NCBI RefSeq assembly: GCF_017934625.1
Contig: NZ_JAGBJE010000118.1
DNA: 61,987 nt
DNA from: Pseudobutyrivibrio sp.
GTDB lineage: Bacteria > Bacillota > Clostridia > Lachnospirales > Lachnospiraceae
Strand: one strand, 5' to 3'
Shown one piece after another: positions 1-13,352 of this stretch; the stretch's first letter is position 1; each line of letters starts with the position of its first letter. A model generated the notes under the pieces. The model ran no database searches, was not told where the DNA came from, and saw nothing but the letters and a program-made list of their open reading frames with translations. Both the position numbers and the translations under genes were made by a program.

Positions 1-250
1 AAATGTTCTTAGAGATTGTAATTACCTCACCTTTCTTGCTATCTCCAATTTTATATTCGATTAAATCTACATTATCTATTTGACTATTTCCACGAGAAAC
101 AGACCAGCCATCCTCTAAACAGCTGATTTCTTTTTTAGAATTTGTTATAGTCCATGTACTTCCGAAAGTAGCTAAAAGAATAATTATTAACATAAGCACT
201 AACGGAAGTACGACTATTTTATTAGTGCGGATTCGATTTAATTTATCCAT
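1..250 (-). CDS. 5' part of a membrane-anchored protein (runs off the window start); N-terminus resembles the sensor region of membrane GGDEF proteins
   Basis: Hand translation from ATG at 250: MDKLNRIRTNKIVVLPLVLMLIIILLATFGSTWTITNSKKEISCLEDGWSVSRG..., open to position 1. TM helix followed by a DGW motif, like the ENGW motif of the protein starting at 44388. Confidence 0.6.
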   Translation of the reverse strand, partial: MDKLNRIRTNKIVVLPLVLMLIIILLATFGSTWTITNSKKEISCLEDGWSVSRGNSQIDNVDLIEYKIGDSKKGEVITISKNI

Positions 251-307
251 AACAAGGTAATTATACCTTATAACTGTGTGTTTTTTATGGATTAAAGATA
301 TCCCAAA

Positions 308-3050
<2,743 letters not shown>

Positions 3051-3075
3051 ATAAATCCTCCATATAAATAACACA

Positions 3076-3101
3076 ATGGAGACCAATTACATGGTCTCCA
3101 T
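3076..3101 (-). terminator. Probable intrinsic terminator after the SH3-domain gene
   Basis: Inverted repeat ATGGAGACCA-N6-TGGTCTCCAT with only a weak U tract. Confidence 0.5.
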
Positions 3102-3121
3102 AACGTTCAAATTTAATAAAA

Positions 3122-4390
3122 TTACTGTAAAAGGTCTGTTCTAATATAGCCTTCCTTCTTACCATATTTAACCTTTGTCCAGCCTTCAGCATAGCTCATT
3201 ACAACAGTAACCTTTTCACCTGCATATGCAACTGCCACCTTAGATGAAGATGAATCCATCTGTGAACGAATATTAATTGTTGAATCAAGTGTAATTTCTG
3301 TACCTTCTGTAAGAGCACTTGCATTTGCAGTCTCTGATGTCTGTTCTGTAGTATCATTATCAGCAGCAGAATCAAGTGTAACTGCATCCTTTGTTATGTA
3401 TGCCTTTGTTCCATTGTAATCGAACTTGTAGAAGTCACCTTCCTCACCATATATTTTGATTGCAACTCCTGATTTGATTGAGCCAAGCTTTGTACTATTC
3501 TTATCTGCTGCTTCACGAACATTCGCCTTGGCATTAGTCTTTCCTGTATAAGAGTTAGCTTCTTCCTCAGCTTCTGCCTGTGCCTTAGCCTCTTCCTCAG
3601 CTGCAGCAGCTGCTTCCTCTTCTGCCTTCTTAGCTTCCTCTTCAGCCGCAGCCACCTCAGCATCATAATCTTTATGCCACTGTGCATGAGCAGCTGGAAG
3701 TGTCTCACTCATAAATGTATTAAGTGCTGAATCAGATTCGAGAGCCTTTGTGTAAGCATCCTGAATATCTGCTTCCATATCTAGCAAATCCTGCTGACGA
3801 ATAAATACACTGATTAAATCAGAAACCTCTGAATCCATTTCGTATATATTATTATTTTGGTTAAATGAACCATAGGTGTTATTAATGAAAAGCTTTCCGT
3901 CCTCATTTGTTTCAACATAGAAGAAATCAAGTCCAGGCGCTGGTGTATCAATATCTGCATACTTAAGCTCAACCTCTGTAGTAACAAGATAAGAATCAGC
4001 TGTAAGTCCCTGCTTTGTATAAATCTTTATGTCATTGAAGCTGTCAATATAGGCACTATAAAACTTAATGTAGCTAATTTCCTGTTCACTGACTGGAGTA
4101 GCAATTGATGAAATAGTTTCTGTATCACCGTCTGCATAAGCAACATAATAATCATTAATGAGTGCATCTAATTCAGTGTTATTATTAGTTTTAAATTTCT
4201 TGGTGACATTAGCGCTAGTCTTTGTAGATGTCTTCTCCTCCTTAGGCTCAGAGCTGGTTCCTAGAAATAAAACCAATACCATGGCTATAAAAATACAGCC
4301 CGCCAAAAAATATCTTCTATATCTATAAATAAATTCAGCACAAAAAAGTGCTCCATTTTTAATTTTTGATTTTAAGTCTTGTAAATTCAT
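3122..4390 (-). CDS. Membrane-anchored cell-envelope protein with two C-terminal SH3b domains
   Basis: N-terminal TM helix, acidic domain, Ala/Glu-rich linker (AAAEEEAK), then two SH3b motifs (ANVREAAD...YITKD; INIRSQMD...GWTKVKYG...GYIRTD). Confidence 0.85.
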   Translation of the reverse strand: MNLQDLKSKIKNGALFCAEFIYRYRRYFLAGCIFIAMVLVLFLGTSSEPKEEKTSTKTSANVTKKFKTNNNTELDALINDYYVAYADGDTETISSIATPVSEQEISYIKFYSAYIDSFNDIKIYTKQGLTADSYLVTTEVELKYADIDTPAPGLDFFYVETNEDGKLFINNTYGSFNQNNNIYEMDSEVSDLISVFIRQQDLLDMEADIQDAYTKALESDSALNTFMSETLPAAHAQWHKDYDAEVAAAEEEAKKAEEEAAAAAEEEAKAQAEAEEEANSYTGKTNAKANVREAADKNSTKLGSIKSGVAIKIYGEEGDFYKFDYNGTKAYITKDAVTLDSAADNDTTEQTSETANASALTEGTEITLDSTINIRSQMDSSSSKVAVAYAGEKVTVVMSYAEGWTKVKYGKKEGYIRTDLLQ

Positions 4391-4425
4391 GGATCCTCCA
4401 AATATTTGCGTTTATTTTGAATAAC

Positions 4426-4499
4426 TGTAGACGGCCGGATTCGAACCGGCGGTCTTCGGAGTCGGAGTCCGATGCGTTATCCAACTACGCTACGCCTAC
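4426..4499 (-). tRNA. tRNA-Arg (anticodon CCG), CCA not encoded
   Basis: Reverse complement folds as a cloverleaf: acceptor GTAGGCG/CGTCTAC, anticodon arm TCGGA-CTCCGAC-TCCGA, T arm GCCGG-TTCGAAT-CCGGC. Confidence 0.95.
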
Positions 4500-4578
4500 T
4501 AATGTATCTGCCGAATTATTGTAACACAACTTACATTTCACATCAAATTTTCTATTGATTTTTTGGCCAAAACTTTAG

Positions 4579-4607
4579 TTGATAAAAGCATTAAAGTATT
4601 ATAAAAT
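4579..4607 (+). promoter_or_regulatory. Sigma70/SigA promoter for the aroE-DAHP synthase operon
   Basis: TTGATA-N17-TAAAAT upstream of the AGGAGG RBS. Confidence 0.55.
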
Positions 4608-4637
4608 AAGTTCAATTTTATATAGGAGGTTCTTGAT

Positions 4638-5495
4638 ATGAATCCATCAGGTTCCACTAGTCTTATCTGTCTGCTTGGCAGCCCTGTTTCACACAGCATT
4701 TCACCTGCCATGCATAATACTGCTTTTGATGCTCTTAAGCTGAATTATTCATATATGGCTTTTGATGTAGATAAGGCAAATCTTGAAACCGCAGTAAATG
4801 GCCTTAAATCACTTAATTGCAGAGGCTTCAATCTTACAATGCCATTAAAGACTGCTATTATCCCACTACTCGATGACATTGATGACGCTGCAAAGCTTGC
4901 CAATTCTGTCAATACTTGCGTATTTGAAAACGGCAAACTTAAAGGCTACACAACAGATGGAATAGGCTTTCTTGAATCTATGGCTGATTCAGGAATACAA
5001 TACATGGATAAAACTATTACAATGCTTGGGGCTGGTGGCGCTGCAACCGCTATTGTTACTCAGGCAGCTTTAGAGGGTGTTAAAAAAATAAATATTTTAA
5101 AAAGAAAAAACGCATCCTTTTCTGCAACCGAAGATTTTGCTGATATGCTTACAAAATCAACTGAATGTGACGTTGTAGTTTATGATATATGTGATTCAAG
5201 CATTATGAAATTCTGTCTTGATGAAAGCGATATCCTAATTAATGGCACAAATGTAGGTATGGGTGATGACGATAATTCTCTGATTCCAGTTGAATTTCTT
5301 AATCCCTCACTTACTGTTTGCGACGTAATATATCATCCACCTGAGACACGCCTTCTCAAAGATGCTAAATCCGTTGGATGCAAAACAATGAATGGAAAAT
5401 ATATGCTTCTTTATCAGGGTGCTGCTGCCTTTAAGCTATGGACCGGTAAAGATATGCCAATAGAACAAATCAAAGCCTCATGCTTTGATAAATAG
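4638..5495 (+). CDS. aroE: Shikimate dehydrogenase
   Basis: HSISPAMHN, GFNLTMPLK, TDGIG, GAGGAA, MLLYQGA motifs. Confidence 0.95.
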   Translation: MNPSGSTSLICLLGSPVSHSISPAMHNTAFDALKLNYSYMAFDVDKANLETAVNGLKSLNCRGFNLTMPLKTAIIPLLDDIDDAAKLANSVNTCVFENGKLKGYTTDGIGFLESMADSGIQYMDKTITMLGAGGAATAIVTQAALEGVKKINILKRKNASFSATEDFADMLTKSTECDVVVYDICDSSIMKFCLDESDILINGTNVGMGDDDNSLIPVEFLNPSLTVCDVIYHPPETRLLKDAKSVGCKTMNGKYMLLYQGAAAFKLWTGKDMPIEQIKASCFDK

Positions 5496-5509
5496 AAAGG
5501 ACTAAGTTA

Positions 5510-6541
5510 ATGAGCTTCAATTATCTAAAAAAATTACCAACCCCAGAGGAAATTAAGGAGCAACTTCCTGTTCCAAAGGATGTTCAGGAAATCAAAGCAG
5601 CCAGAGATAAAGAGGTTGCTGATATAATAACAGGCAAGGATGATAGATTTTTATGTATCATCGGCCCATGCTCAGCCGACAACGAGGATGCAGTTTGCGA
5701 ATACATTGATAAGCTTGCAAGAGTTGCTGATGATATTAAGGATAAGGTACTAGTTGTTCCAAGAATATATACTAACAAGCCAAGAACAACAGGAAGTGGT
5801 TACAAGGGAATTGCATCTCAGCCAGACCCTAACGAAGCCCCTGATATGGTAGCAGGTTTGATTGCTATGCGAAAGATGCACATTCGTGCCATGACAGAAA
5901 CACATCTTACAGCTGCAGATGAAATGCTTTACCCTGAAAACTGGGGTTACGTTGATGATTTATTATCTTATGTTGCAATCGGTGCCCGCTCTGTAGAGGA
6001 TCAGCATCATCGTCTTACTGTATCAGGCTTTGATGTAGCATCTGGTATGAAAAATCCTACTTCAGGAGATTTTTCTGTTATGCTTAATTCTGTTTATGCA
6101 GCACAGCATCCTCACCACTTTACATTCTCAGGCTACGAGGTAAAAACAACAGGTAATCCTCTAGCCCACACTATTTTACGTGGTGCTGTATCTAAGCATG
6201 GTAACAGCACTCAAAACTATCACTATGAGGATTTAATCCGACTTCATAACATGTATGAGGAAATGGATTTAGTGAATCCTGCATGCATAATAGATGCTAA
6301 CCACTCTAATTCAAATAAACAATACAAGGAACAAATTCGAATTGTTAAAGAAGTGATGCACAATCGCAATCACTCTACTGAAATTAAAAACCTTGTCAAA
6401 GGTGTAATGATAGAAAGCTATCTTGTAGAGGGCTGTCAGCCTATCTCGGACCACCAGACATACGGTCAGTCAATCACAGACCCATGCCTTGGATGGGAAG
6501 ATACAAGACACCTGCTCTACACAATAGCTGAGCGAAACTAA
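5510..6541 (+). CDS. 3-deoxy-7-phosphoheptulonate (DAHP) synthase, class I-alpha (AroF/G/H type)
   Basis: IIGPCS, KPRTT, AIGARS, DANHSNS, GVMIES and YGQSITDPCLGW motifs. Confidence 0.95.
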   Translation: MSFNYLKKLPTPEEIKEQLPVPKDVQEIKAARDKEVADIITGKDDRFLCIIGPCSADNEDAVCEYIDKLARVADDIKDKVLVVPRIYTNKPRTTGSGYKGIASQPDPNEAPDMVAGLIAMRKMHIRAMTETHLTAADEMLYPENWGYVDDLLSYVAIGARSVEDQHHRLTVSGFDVASGMKNPTSGDFSVMLNSVYAAQHPHHFTFSGYEVKTTGNPLAHTILRGAVSKHGNSTQNYHYEDLIRLHNMYEEMDLVNPACIIDANHSNSNKQYKEQIRIVKEVMHNRNHSTEIKNLVKGVMIESYLVEGCQPISDHQTYGQSITDPCLGWEDTRHLLYTIAERN

Positions 6542-6545
6542 AAGG

Positions 6546-6564
6546 CTTCCCCCTCTGGGGGAAG
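6546..6564. terminator. Hairpin between the convergent DAHP synthase and NUDIX genes
   Basis: CTTCCCCC-TCT-GGGGGAAG. Confidence 0.65.
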
Positions 6565-6565
6565 G

Positions 6566-7102
6566 CTATTTTCTTGCCGCATAAGCCATGATAGCTGCCA
6601 CAGTCTTGGCATCCTGGAGGGTGCCGCTGTAGCACATGTCCATAAGTTCTTTAAGGTCGTAGGCTTCAATATCTATATCTTCTGCCTCATCTAGGTGCTG
6701 CTCCCCAATTTTCTCTAATTCAGTTGCAAGATATACATCTATAAATTCATCGCAAAAGGCAACCGTAGATTTAAGCGCAAGTATTTTTTCAAGCTTTCCA
6801 GCACGATATCCTGTTTCCTCTTCAAGCTCTCTGGCAGCACAAATGCTTGTGTCTTCATCCAATGAATCACGCTTACCCGCTGGAACCTCAAGGGTAAATC
6901 TATCAAGGGCATTTCTATATTGACGTACCATTAGTATCTTGCCGTCTGGACGAACTGCAAGAACGCAGGCTGCTCCCATTCTATGGCTTACGAAATCCCA
7001 TTTTTCTTCTTTGCCATTAGGTAGTCTTACTGTATCCTCATAGATGTCAAGTATTGTGCCCTTATGTATTAACTCTCTCTTTACTCTTTCGATTTTTTTC
7101 AT
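6566..7102 (-). CDS. NUDIX hydrolase (ADP-ribose pyrophosphatase/NudF-like)
   Basis: RQYR, LEVPAGK...AARELEEETG Nudix box, DAKT motif. Start set at MKKIERV. Confidence 0.92.
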   Translation of the reverse strand: MKKIERVKRELIHKGTILDIYEDTVRLPNGKEEKWDFVSHRMGAACVLAVRPDGKILMVRQYRNALDRFTLEVPAGKRDSLDEDTSICAARELEEETGYRAGKLEKILALKSTVAFCDEFIDVYLATELEKIGEQHLDEAEDIDIEAYDLKELMDMCYSGTLQDAKTVAAIMAYAARK

Positions 7103-7117
7103 AACAAACCTCTTTTC

Positions 7118-7145
7118 AAAAAAAGCGGCTGGATAAACCAGCCGC
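7118..7145 (-). terminator. Intrinsic terminator of rny
   Basis: GCGGCTGG-N5-CCAGCCGC followed by a T run on the minus strand. Confidence 0.8.
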
Positions 7146-7153
7146 AAAATTAT

Positions 7154-8701
7154 TTACTTTGCATAATCAGTAACTCGTGATTCACGAATTACGTTTACCT
7201 TAATCTGTCCAGGATATTCTAGCTGTGATTCAATCTGCTTTGAAATATCCCTAGCCATGATGACCATATCGGCATCTGAAACCTGTTCAGGAACCACCAT
7301 GATACGAATCTCTCTACCCGCTTGAATAGCAAAAGACTTTTCTACACCCTTAAAGCTGTTAGAAATTTCCTCAAGTTCTTTTAATCTGTTTGTGTAAGTT
7401 TCCATAGCCTCACGTCTTGCACCAGGTCTTGCTGCACTGATAGTATCAGCTGCCTGTACAATACAAGCTATGAGTGTTTCTGGCTCTACATCGCCATGAT
7501 GTGCCTCTACAGCATTGATAACTGTCTGAGACTCCTTATACTTACGGCAAAGATCAGCGCCAAGCTGTACGTGAGTACCCTCCTGCTCTCTGTCTACTGC
7601 CTTTCCAATATCGTGCAATAAGCCTGCACGCTTTGCAACTCTAACATCAAGACCAAGCTCTGCAGCAAGTAATCCTGATAGTTGAGCAACTTCAATTGAA
7701 TGCTTTAACACATTCTGTCCGTAGCTGGTTCTAAACTTCATCTTACCAAGAAGTCTAAGTAGCTCTGGATGAATTCCCTGAACACCAACCTCGAGTGCGG
7801 CTGCATCGCCTTCCTCACGGATTTGCTGCTCTACTTCCTTCTTAGCCTTCTCTACTGTCTCTTCAATTCTAGCTGGATGAATACGTCCATCTACAATAAG
7901 CTTTTCCAATGCAATACGCGCAATTTCACGTCTTACTGGATCAAATGCAGATAAAATAACTGCCTCTGGAGTATCATCAATAATAAGCTCTACGCCAGTC
8001 ATAGTTTCGAGTGTACGAATGTTGCGACCCTCTCTACCAATGATACGTCCCTTCATCTCATCATTAGGAAGCTGTACAACTGAAATAGTTGTCTCTGCAA
8101 CATGATCTGCTGAACACTTTTGGATAGCACTTACAACTATCTCTCTAGCCTTCTTATCAGCCTCATCCTTTGCCTGAGCTAAGCTCTCCTTAATAAGTTT
8201 TGCTGCGTCTAACTTGACGTCTTCTTCTACAGATTTTAAAAGTTGTTCTTTTGCTTGTTCGGAGGTAAGTCCTGAGATTCTCTCTAGTTCCTGCACACGC
8301 TGTTGATTAAGCTTTGCAACCTCTTCTCGCTGCTTATTAAGCTGTTGTTCCTGACGAGCGAATTCAGCCTCTCTCTTCTCCACTGCATCGAGCTTCTTAT
8401 CAAGATTATCTTCTTTCTGAGATAATCTGTGCTCGCTTCTCTGAATTTCTGCTCGGCGCTCACGGATTTCTTTATCGAGATCATTCTTCTGCTTCATGGC
8501 ATCTTCCTTAGCCTCAAGCATTGCTTCTCTCTTCTTAGCTTCCGCGTTCTTCACTGCTTCATCAATGATTTCACGAGCCTTAGCTTCGGCAGAATTAACC
8601 TTATTCTTGCCCTGCTTCTCATGAATCTGATTAGATACAACCAGTGTGACAACAACTGCTAAAGCGGCAACGATAACTGCTACTATAATCGTTACGCCCA
8701 C
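7154..8701 (-). CDS. rny: Ribonuclease Y
   Basis: N-terminal TM helix, coiled coil, KH domain ([13 protein letters not shown]) and HD domain (LLHDIGKA). Lies downstream of recA-recX. Confidence 0.97.
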   Translation of the reverse strand: MGVTIIVAVIVAALAVVVTLVVSNQIHEKQGKNKVNSAEAKAREIIDEAVKNAEAKKREAMLEAKEDAMKQKNDLDKEIRERRAEIQRSEHRLSQKEDNLDKKLDAVEKREAEFARQEQQLNKQREEVAKLNQQRVQELERISGLTSEQAKEQLLKSVEEDVKLDAAKLIKESLAQAKDEADKKAREIVVSAIQKCSADHVAETTISVVQLPNDEMKGRIIGREGRNIRTLETMTGVELIIDDTPEAVILSAFDPVRREIARIALEKLIVDGRIHPARIEETVEKAKKEVEQQIREEGDAAALEVGVQGIHPELLRLLGKMKFRTSYGQNVLKHSIEVAQLSGLLAAELGLDVRVAKRAGLLHDIGKAVDREQEGTHVQLGADLCRKYKESQTVINAVEAHHGDVEPETLIACIVQAADTISAARPGARREAMETYTNRLKELEEISNSFKGVEKSFAIQAGREIRIMVVPEQVSDADMVIMARDISKQIESQLEYPGQIKVNVIRESRVTDYAK

Positions 8702-8783
8702 AGGAGCACCTCCTTATTTAATTTTCTAATTGGAATATAAAATAAAAGCTATTATGCTCTCATTTATAAACTTCAACATAAAT

Positions 8784-8812
8784 AGTTTAACTTTATATAA
8801 AGCGTATGTCAA
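8784..8812 (-). promoter_or_regulatory. SigA promoter for rny
   Basis: TTGACA-N17-TAAACT on the minus strand. Confidence 0.6.
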
Positions 8813-8845
8813 GACTAGGTATACCATATATAGTGTATGTATTAA

Positions 8846-9439
8846 CTATTTTAATACTCTATTTATACTATCCGATGAAAAGCCTCTTCCTGCCAAAAAT
8901 CTGAACATCTTAGCCCGCTCCTCGTAGGTGGCATTTTCTTTGTCATAATGTTTTTTCATAATAAGCTTTTCTATTAACTCTGATTCATCGCACGTGTACT
9001 CTTCCTCAAGTACCCTATCTATCACTTCAGAGGAAATTCCTTTTCCTATAAGGTCCTGTTTAAGCCTAAGCTTACTTCTGGAGTCCTGATAAAAACGAAT
9101 ATGGCTCGCCGCCATTCTGGCATCATCCAGATACCCATAATCATTTATATAATCAATGGCTATATCAATGATTTCTTCTGGATATCCTCCCTCTTTAAGC
9201 TTATCTCTAAGGTTCTTTTCAGAGCGATCCTGCTTTTCAAGCAAATGCAAAGCTCTCTTCTTACAGCGAGGAATAAGGATTTCACTAACTATCTGGTTAT
9301 AATCAGCTTCAGATAAGTCTGCCCCCTCTTCTATGCCATAGCTTTCATATTCTTTTTTATATAGAACAAAATCTGCCCCCCCTTGGAGACAGATTTTTGC
9401 TCTTCCCTTTGTTAATTTAACAAGAGATATAACTTCCAT
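8846..9439 (-). CDS. recX: Regulatory protein RecX
   Basis: RALHLLEKQDRSE...GYLDD...LAGRGF motifs; starts 2 nt after the recA stop. Confidence 0.92.
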   Translation of the reverse strand: MEVISLVKLTKGRAKICLQGGADFVLYKKEYESYGIEEGADLSEADYNQIVSEILIPRCKKRALHLLEKQDRSEKNLRDKLKEGGYPEEIIDIAIDYINDYGYLDDARMAASHIRFYQDSRSKLRLKQDLIGKGISSEVIDRVLEEEYTCDESELIEKLIMKKHYDKENATYEERAKMFRFLAGRGFSSDSINRVLK

Positions 9440-9441
9440 GA

Positions 9442-10500
9442 TTATTCAATAACCTCTGTTGGAATATCATCCTTTTTGTCGCCACCAACAAGACCAACTT
9501 CAGATTCTTCTGTTTCTGAATAGTGGGCACGGATTGCATCAGCAATCTCCTCACATACATCTGGATTCTGCTTAAGATATGCCTTAGCATTCTCACGGCC
9601 CTGGCCAATCTTTTCTCCAAGATAAGCATACCAGGCACCTGATTTCTGTACAATATCAAGATTAGCAGCAACATCAAGAATATCGCCCTCACGAGAAATA
9701 CCCTCGCCAAACATGATATCAAACTCTGCCTCTCTGAATGGAGGTGCTACCTTATTCTTAACAATCTTTGCACGTGTTCTGTTACCAATAACCTCTCCGT
9801 TTTGTTTAAGAGCCTCAATACGGCGAACATCAATACGAACTGATGCATAGAACTTAAGTGCACGACCACCTGTTGTAGTCTCAGGATTACCGAACATAAC
9901 ACCAACCTTCTCACGAAGCTGGTTAATGAAAATAACTACACAGTTTGTCTTCGCAACAATACCTGTAAGCTTTCTCATAGCCTGTGACATAAGACGTGCA
10001 TGTAAACCTACATGCGAATCACCCATGTCACCATCAATTTCAGCCTTAGGAACAAGTGCTGCAACAGAGTCAACTACGATAATATCCATAGCACCAGAAC
10101 GCACCATAGTCTCTGTAATCTCAAGAGCCTGCTCACCATTATCAGGCTGTGAAATGTATAAATCATCAATATTAACACCGATTGCTTTAGCATACTTAGG
10201 ATCAAGAGCGTGCTCTGCATCAATGAAACCTGCGATACCGCCTGCCTTCTGAACCTCTGCTACTGCATGAAGAGCAAGTGTTGTCTTACCAGATGATTCT
10301 GGTCCGTAAATTTCAATAATACGTCCCTTAGGGAAACCACCCTGACCAAGTGCTATATCAAGGCTGATAGAACCTGTAGGAACTGTTTCTACCTGAATGT
10401 TAGCGCCCTCACCAAGCTTCATTACAGAACCCTTACCATATTGTTTTTCAATCTGCGAAATCGCAGCATCTAATGCTTTAAGCTTATCTTCGTTTGCCAT
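9442..10500 (-). CDS. recA: Recombinase A
   Basis: GPESSGKTT Walker [27 protein letters not shown]. Confidence 0.99.
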   Translation of the reverse strand: MANEDKLKALDAAISQIEKQYGKGSVMKLGEGANIQVETVPTGSISLDIALGQGGFPKGRIIEIYGPESSGKTTLALHAVAEVQKAGGIAGFIDAEHALDPKYAKAIGVNIDDLYISQPDNGEQALEITETMVRSGAMDIIVVDSVAALVPKAEIDGDMGDSHVGLHARLMSQAMRKLTGIVAKTNCVVIFINQLREKVGVMFGNPETTTGGRALKFYASVRIDVRRIEALKQNGEVIGNRTRAKIVKNKVAPPFREAEFDIMFGEGISREGDILDVAANLDIVQKSGAWYAYLGEKIGQGRENAKAYLKQNPDVCEEIADAIRAHYSETEESEVGLVGGDKKDDIPTEVIE

Positions 10501-10519
10501 TTTATAAAACCTCCGTTCG

Positions 10520-10531
10520 GAACAACTGTTC
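10520..10531. promoter_or_regulatory. LexA (Cheo/SOS) box upstream of recA
   Basis: GAAC-AACT-GTTC matches the Gram-positive GAAC-N4-GTTC consensus and lies between the promoter and the RBS. Confidence 0.85.
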
Positions 10532-10545
10532 GTTCTTTATGTATA

Positions 10546-10574
10546 ATAATAGTTAATATGAAATTAAATGTCAA
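10546..10574 (-). promoter_or_regulatory. SigA promoter of recA
   Basis: TTGACA-N17-TATTAT on the minus strand. Confidence 0.75.
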
Positions 10575-10620
10575 CAAAAAAATGGGATAAAAATTGAAAA
10601 AACAAAAAATCAAAAAAACA

Positions 10621-10646
10621 AAAAGACAGTGACATCAGTCACTGTC
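10621..10646 (-). terminator. Intrinsic terminator after the acyltransferase gene
   Basis: GACAGTGAC-N4-GTCACTGTC followed by a T run on the minus strand. Confidence 0.8.
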
Positions 10647-10680
10647 CTACAATATACACTCAATATGTATAAGAGTCAAG

Positions 10681-11748
10681 TTATTTATTTTTCAGTTTAA
10701 GACATGGTTCTTCAATGAAGTGCCATGTTAAATAAGAAAGTGGCAACACAATAACCAACGTCAACAGCATATTCAAATATGAATTCATTGACAATGTATT
10801 ATAGCCATATGTAGGCTTGCCTAAGCATTCAACCAATGTCTGCTGAATAGGAAATGCCATAATATATATACCATAGGATAAATCCCCTATCTTATCGTAC
10901 CAGGTGGCAATAAAACGTTTCTGAAATGCTATGTAAAAAATTATATATGCACCAAATATACTAAAGGTTAAAATAAAATTTCCAAAAAGTATACCTAACA
11001 CCAAACCTATAATAGCTATTAAAAAAGCCCTAAAAGAAAGCTTTATCCTATCTGAATACAAATAATAGCTCATGCCCATTGTAAAAAACATTCCAAGCTT
11101 TGACATGTTAAGAGCATATCCTGAATTCAGCAAAGCTATTCCTACCACCAAACCCGAATTAACAGCTAAATAAAGCGCCGTAAGGATTAAATACATAAAA
11201 GGAACGATAACTTTTCTTTTCTTCCATAAAACGGCTGTAGCAGCCACAAGAATATACCATATCACCTCGTACATCAAAGTCCAAAGTGAGCCATTAACAC
11301 TATGGATATAATGATTTGGAAAAACTCCTGGTAAATTTGTATCTGATGATATAAATACAAGATTAAGTAAAAATCCGCTTATATCTCCATAGCTAAAATA
11401 TTGGCTAAAAGTATATTCCGACAAAATAGGCCCAAGAACAAATGTCGAAACTATTGTTACAACAAATAAAAGAGGCCATATTCTAAGAAATCGAGCCTTG
11501 GCATAGTTAATAAGGCTCCTTGACCTATCATAGCTTTTGCAAATCAAAAAGCCACTAATGATAAAAAAGATATAAACCGCAATTCCACCAGCCAAATCCT
11601 TATGATTGGTAAGTAAATAAAAAATATCCTCATCCTGCACCCCCACGCTAACTGCAAAGGAATGCATGTACAGTACCATCAAACTGGCAACCAGTCGAAT
11701 TATATTTAGATTATTCTTTCTATCAATAGCAGCTTCATTAATTGTCAT
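10681..11748 (-). CDS. Acyltransferase family 3 (OafA/YrhL-like membrane O-acyltransferase)
   Basis: RLVASLMVLYMH, FFIISGFLI, ARFLRIWP, NGSLWTL.YE, GDLSYGIY and WHFIEEP motifs; about 10 TM helices. Start overlaps the prfC stop. Confidence 0.9.
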   Translation of the reverse strand: MTINEAAIDRKNNLNIIRLVASLMVLYMHSFAVSVGVQDEDIFYLLTNHKDLAGGIAVYIFFIISGFLICKSYDRSRSLINYAKARFLRIWPLLFVVTIVSTFVLGPILSEYTFSQYFSYGDISGFLLNLVFISSDTNLPGVFPNHYIHSVNGSLWTLMYEVIWYILVAATAVLWKKRKVIVPFMYLILTALYLAVNSGLVVGIALLNSGYALNMSKLGMFFTMGMSYYLYSDRIKLSFRAFLIAIIGLVLGILFGNFILTFSIFGAYIIFYIAFQKRFIATWYDKIGDLSYGIYIMAFPIQQTLVECLGKPTYGYNTLSMNSYLNMLLTLVIVLPLSYLTWHFIEEPCLKLKNK

Positions 11749-13337
11749 TAATTTGTACCAAACTCCGATAATACTAGGCCTTCATTTCTATCTAAGACCA
11801 TGCCGACAGACCAAGAGTTAACAAATAATAAAAGTGGTCTATCCTTTAAATCCTTAATCTTCTTCATATCAGATGTTCCCGAAATCTTATCAAGGTCATA
11901 ATCACCTTCAATCCATCTAATATGCTCGTAAGGAAGATTCTCAAGGGCAATTTCAACATTGTACTCGTTATTTAATCTGTATTTTAATACATCAAACTGA
12001 AGTACACCTACAACACCAACGATGATTTCCTCCATACCAGTGTTAAATTCCTGGAAAATCTGAATTGCACCTTCCTGTGCTATCTGAGTGATTCCCTTCA
12101 TAAATTGCTTACGCTTCATGGTATCAATCTGTCTAACACGGGCAAAATGTTCTGGCGCAAATGTAGGAATTCCTTCAAACTTAAACGGCTTCTTAGCCGA
12201 TGTAAATGTATCACCGATGCTATATAGACCCGGATCAAATACACCTATAATATCACCAGCATAAGCCTTATCAACTATCTTACGCTCGTCAGCCATCATC
12301 TGCTGAGGTGCAGAAAGCTTAGCCTTACGACCTCCCTGAACATGCAAATATTCCTTTGAGGCATCAAATGTACCTGAACAAATACGAAGAAATGCAACAC
12401 GGTCACGGTGTGCCTTGTTCATATTCGCCTGGATCTTAAATACAAAGGCTGAGAAATCCTCAGAAAATGGACTGATTTCACCTATATCACTCTTACGAGG
12501 AAGTGGGCTGTATGTCATCTGAAGGAAATGCTCAAGGAATGTTTCAACACCAAAGTTAGTAAGTGCTGAGCCAAAGAATACAGGGCTGAGTTCACCTGCT
12601 GTAACCTCTTCCTGGTTAAATTCAGCTCCAGCTCCGTCTAGAAGCTCTAGCTCTTCAATAAGCTGATCGTATTTATCCTGTCCGATTTCTTCCTTTAATG
12701 CAGGATCATCAATTGAAACAATGCGTTCCTCGCCCTGCTTGGTACCCTTTTGTGTATCTGAGAACATACGAACACATCTAGTATTACGATCGTAAACGCC
12801 CTTAAATCCCTTACCTGAACCGATAGGCCAGTTTACAGGAACTGTGGCGATACCAAGCTCATTTTCAATATCATCAAGAAGCTCAAATGTATCATTTGCA
12901 TCTCTATCCATCTTATTAATGAATGTAAATATAGGAATATGTCTCATGACACAAACCTTAAAAAGCTTACGAGTCTGTGCCTCAACACCCTTTGATGCAT
13001 CGATAACCATAACAGCAGAATCTGCAGCCATAAGTGTACGGTATGTATCCTCAGAGAAATCTTGATGTCCTGGTGTATCAAGAATATTAATGCAATAGCC
13101 ATCATACTCAAACTGAAGTACAGAAGATGTTACAGAAATACCTCTCTCCTTCTCAATCTCCATCCAGTCAGAAACTGCATGTCTAGCTGTTGCCTTTCCC
13201 TTTACGGAACCTGCAAGATTAATTTGTCCACCGTATAATAGGAACTTCTCGGTAAGTGTTGTTTTACCGGCATCTGGGTGGGAAATAATCGCAAAAGTAC
13301 GTCGTCTCTTAATTTCTTCTTCAACTGAACGTGCCAT
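11748..13337 (-). CDS. prfC: Peptide chain release factor 3
   Basis: RRTFAIISHPDAGKTTLTEK, DTPGHQDFSEDTYR, NKMDR. Start set at MARSVEE after GGAGG. Confidence 0.98.
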   Translation of the reverse strand: MARSVEEEIKRRRTFAIISHPDAGKTTLTEKFLLYGGQINLAGSVKGKATARHAVSDWMEIEKERGISVTSSVLQFEYDGYCINILDTPGHQDFSEDTYRTLMAADSAVMVIDASKGVEAQTRKLFKVCVMRHIPIFTFINKMDRDANDTFELLDDIENELGIATVPVNWPIGSGKGFKGVYDRNTRCVRMFSDTQKGTKQGEERIVSIDDPALKEEIGQDKYDQLIEELELLDGAGAEFNQEEVTAGELSPVFFGSALTNFGVETFLEHFLQMTYSPLPRKSDIGEISPFSEDFSAFVFKIQANMNKAHRDRVAFLRICSGTFDASKEYLHVQGGRKAKLSAPQQMMADERKIVDKAYAGDIIGVFDPGLYSIGDTFTSAKKPFKFEGIPTFAPEHFARVRQIDTMKRKQFMKGITQIAQEGAIQIFQEFNTGMEEIIVGVVGVLQFDVLKYRLNNEYNVEIALENLPYEHIRWIEGDYDLDKISGTSDMKKIKDLKDRPLLLFVNSWSVGMVLDRNEGLVLSEFGTN

Positions 13338-13352
13338 ATAACCTCCAAATCC

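Noticed and set aside
3555-3665. Repetitive GC-richer tract (gcttcctc... units)
   Set aside because: It encodes the AEEEAK helical linker of the SH3 protein and is not an independent repeat element.
10575-10624. A-rich tract upstream of the recA promoter
   Set aside because: Explained by the terminator U tract and an AT-rich UP-element-like region; no phase-variable unit.
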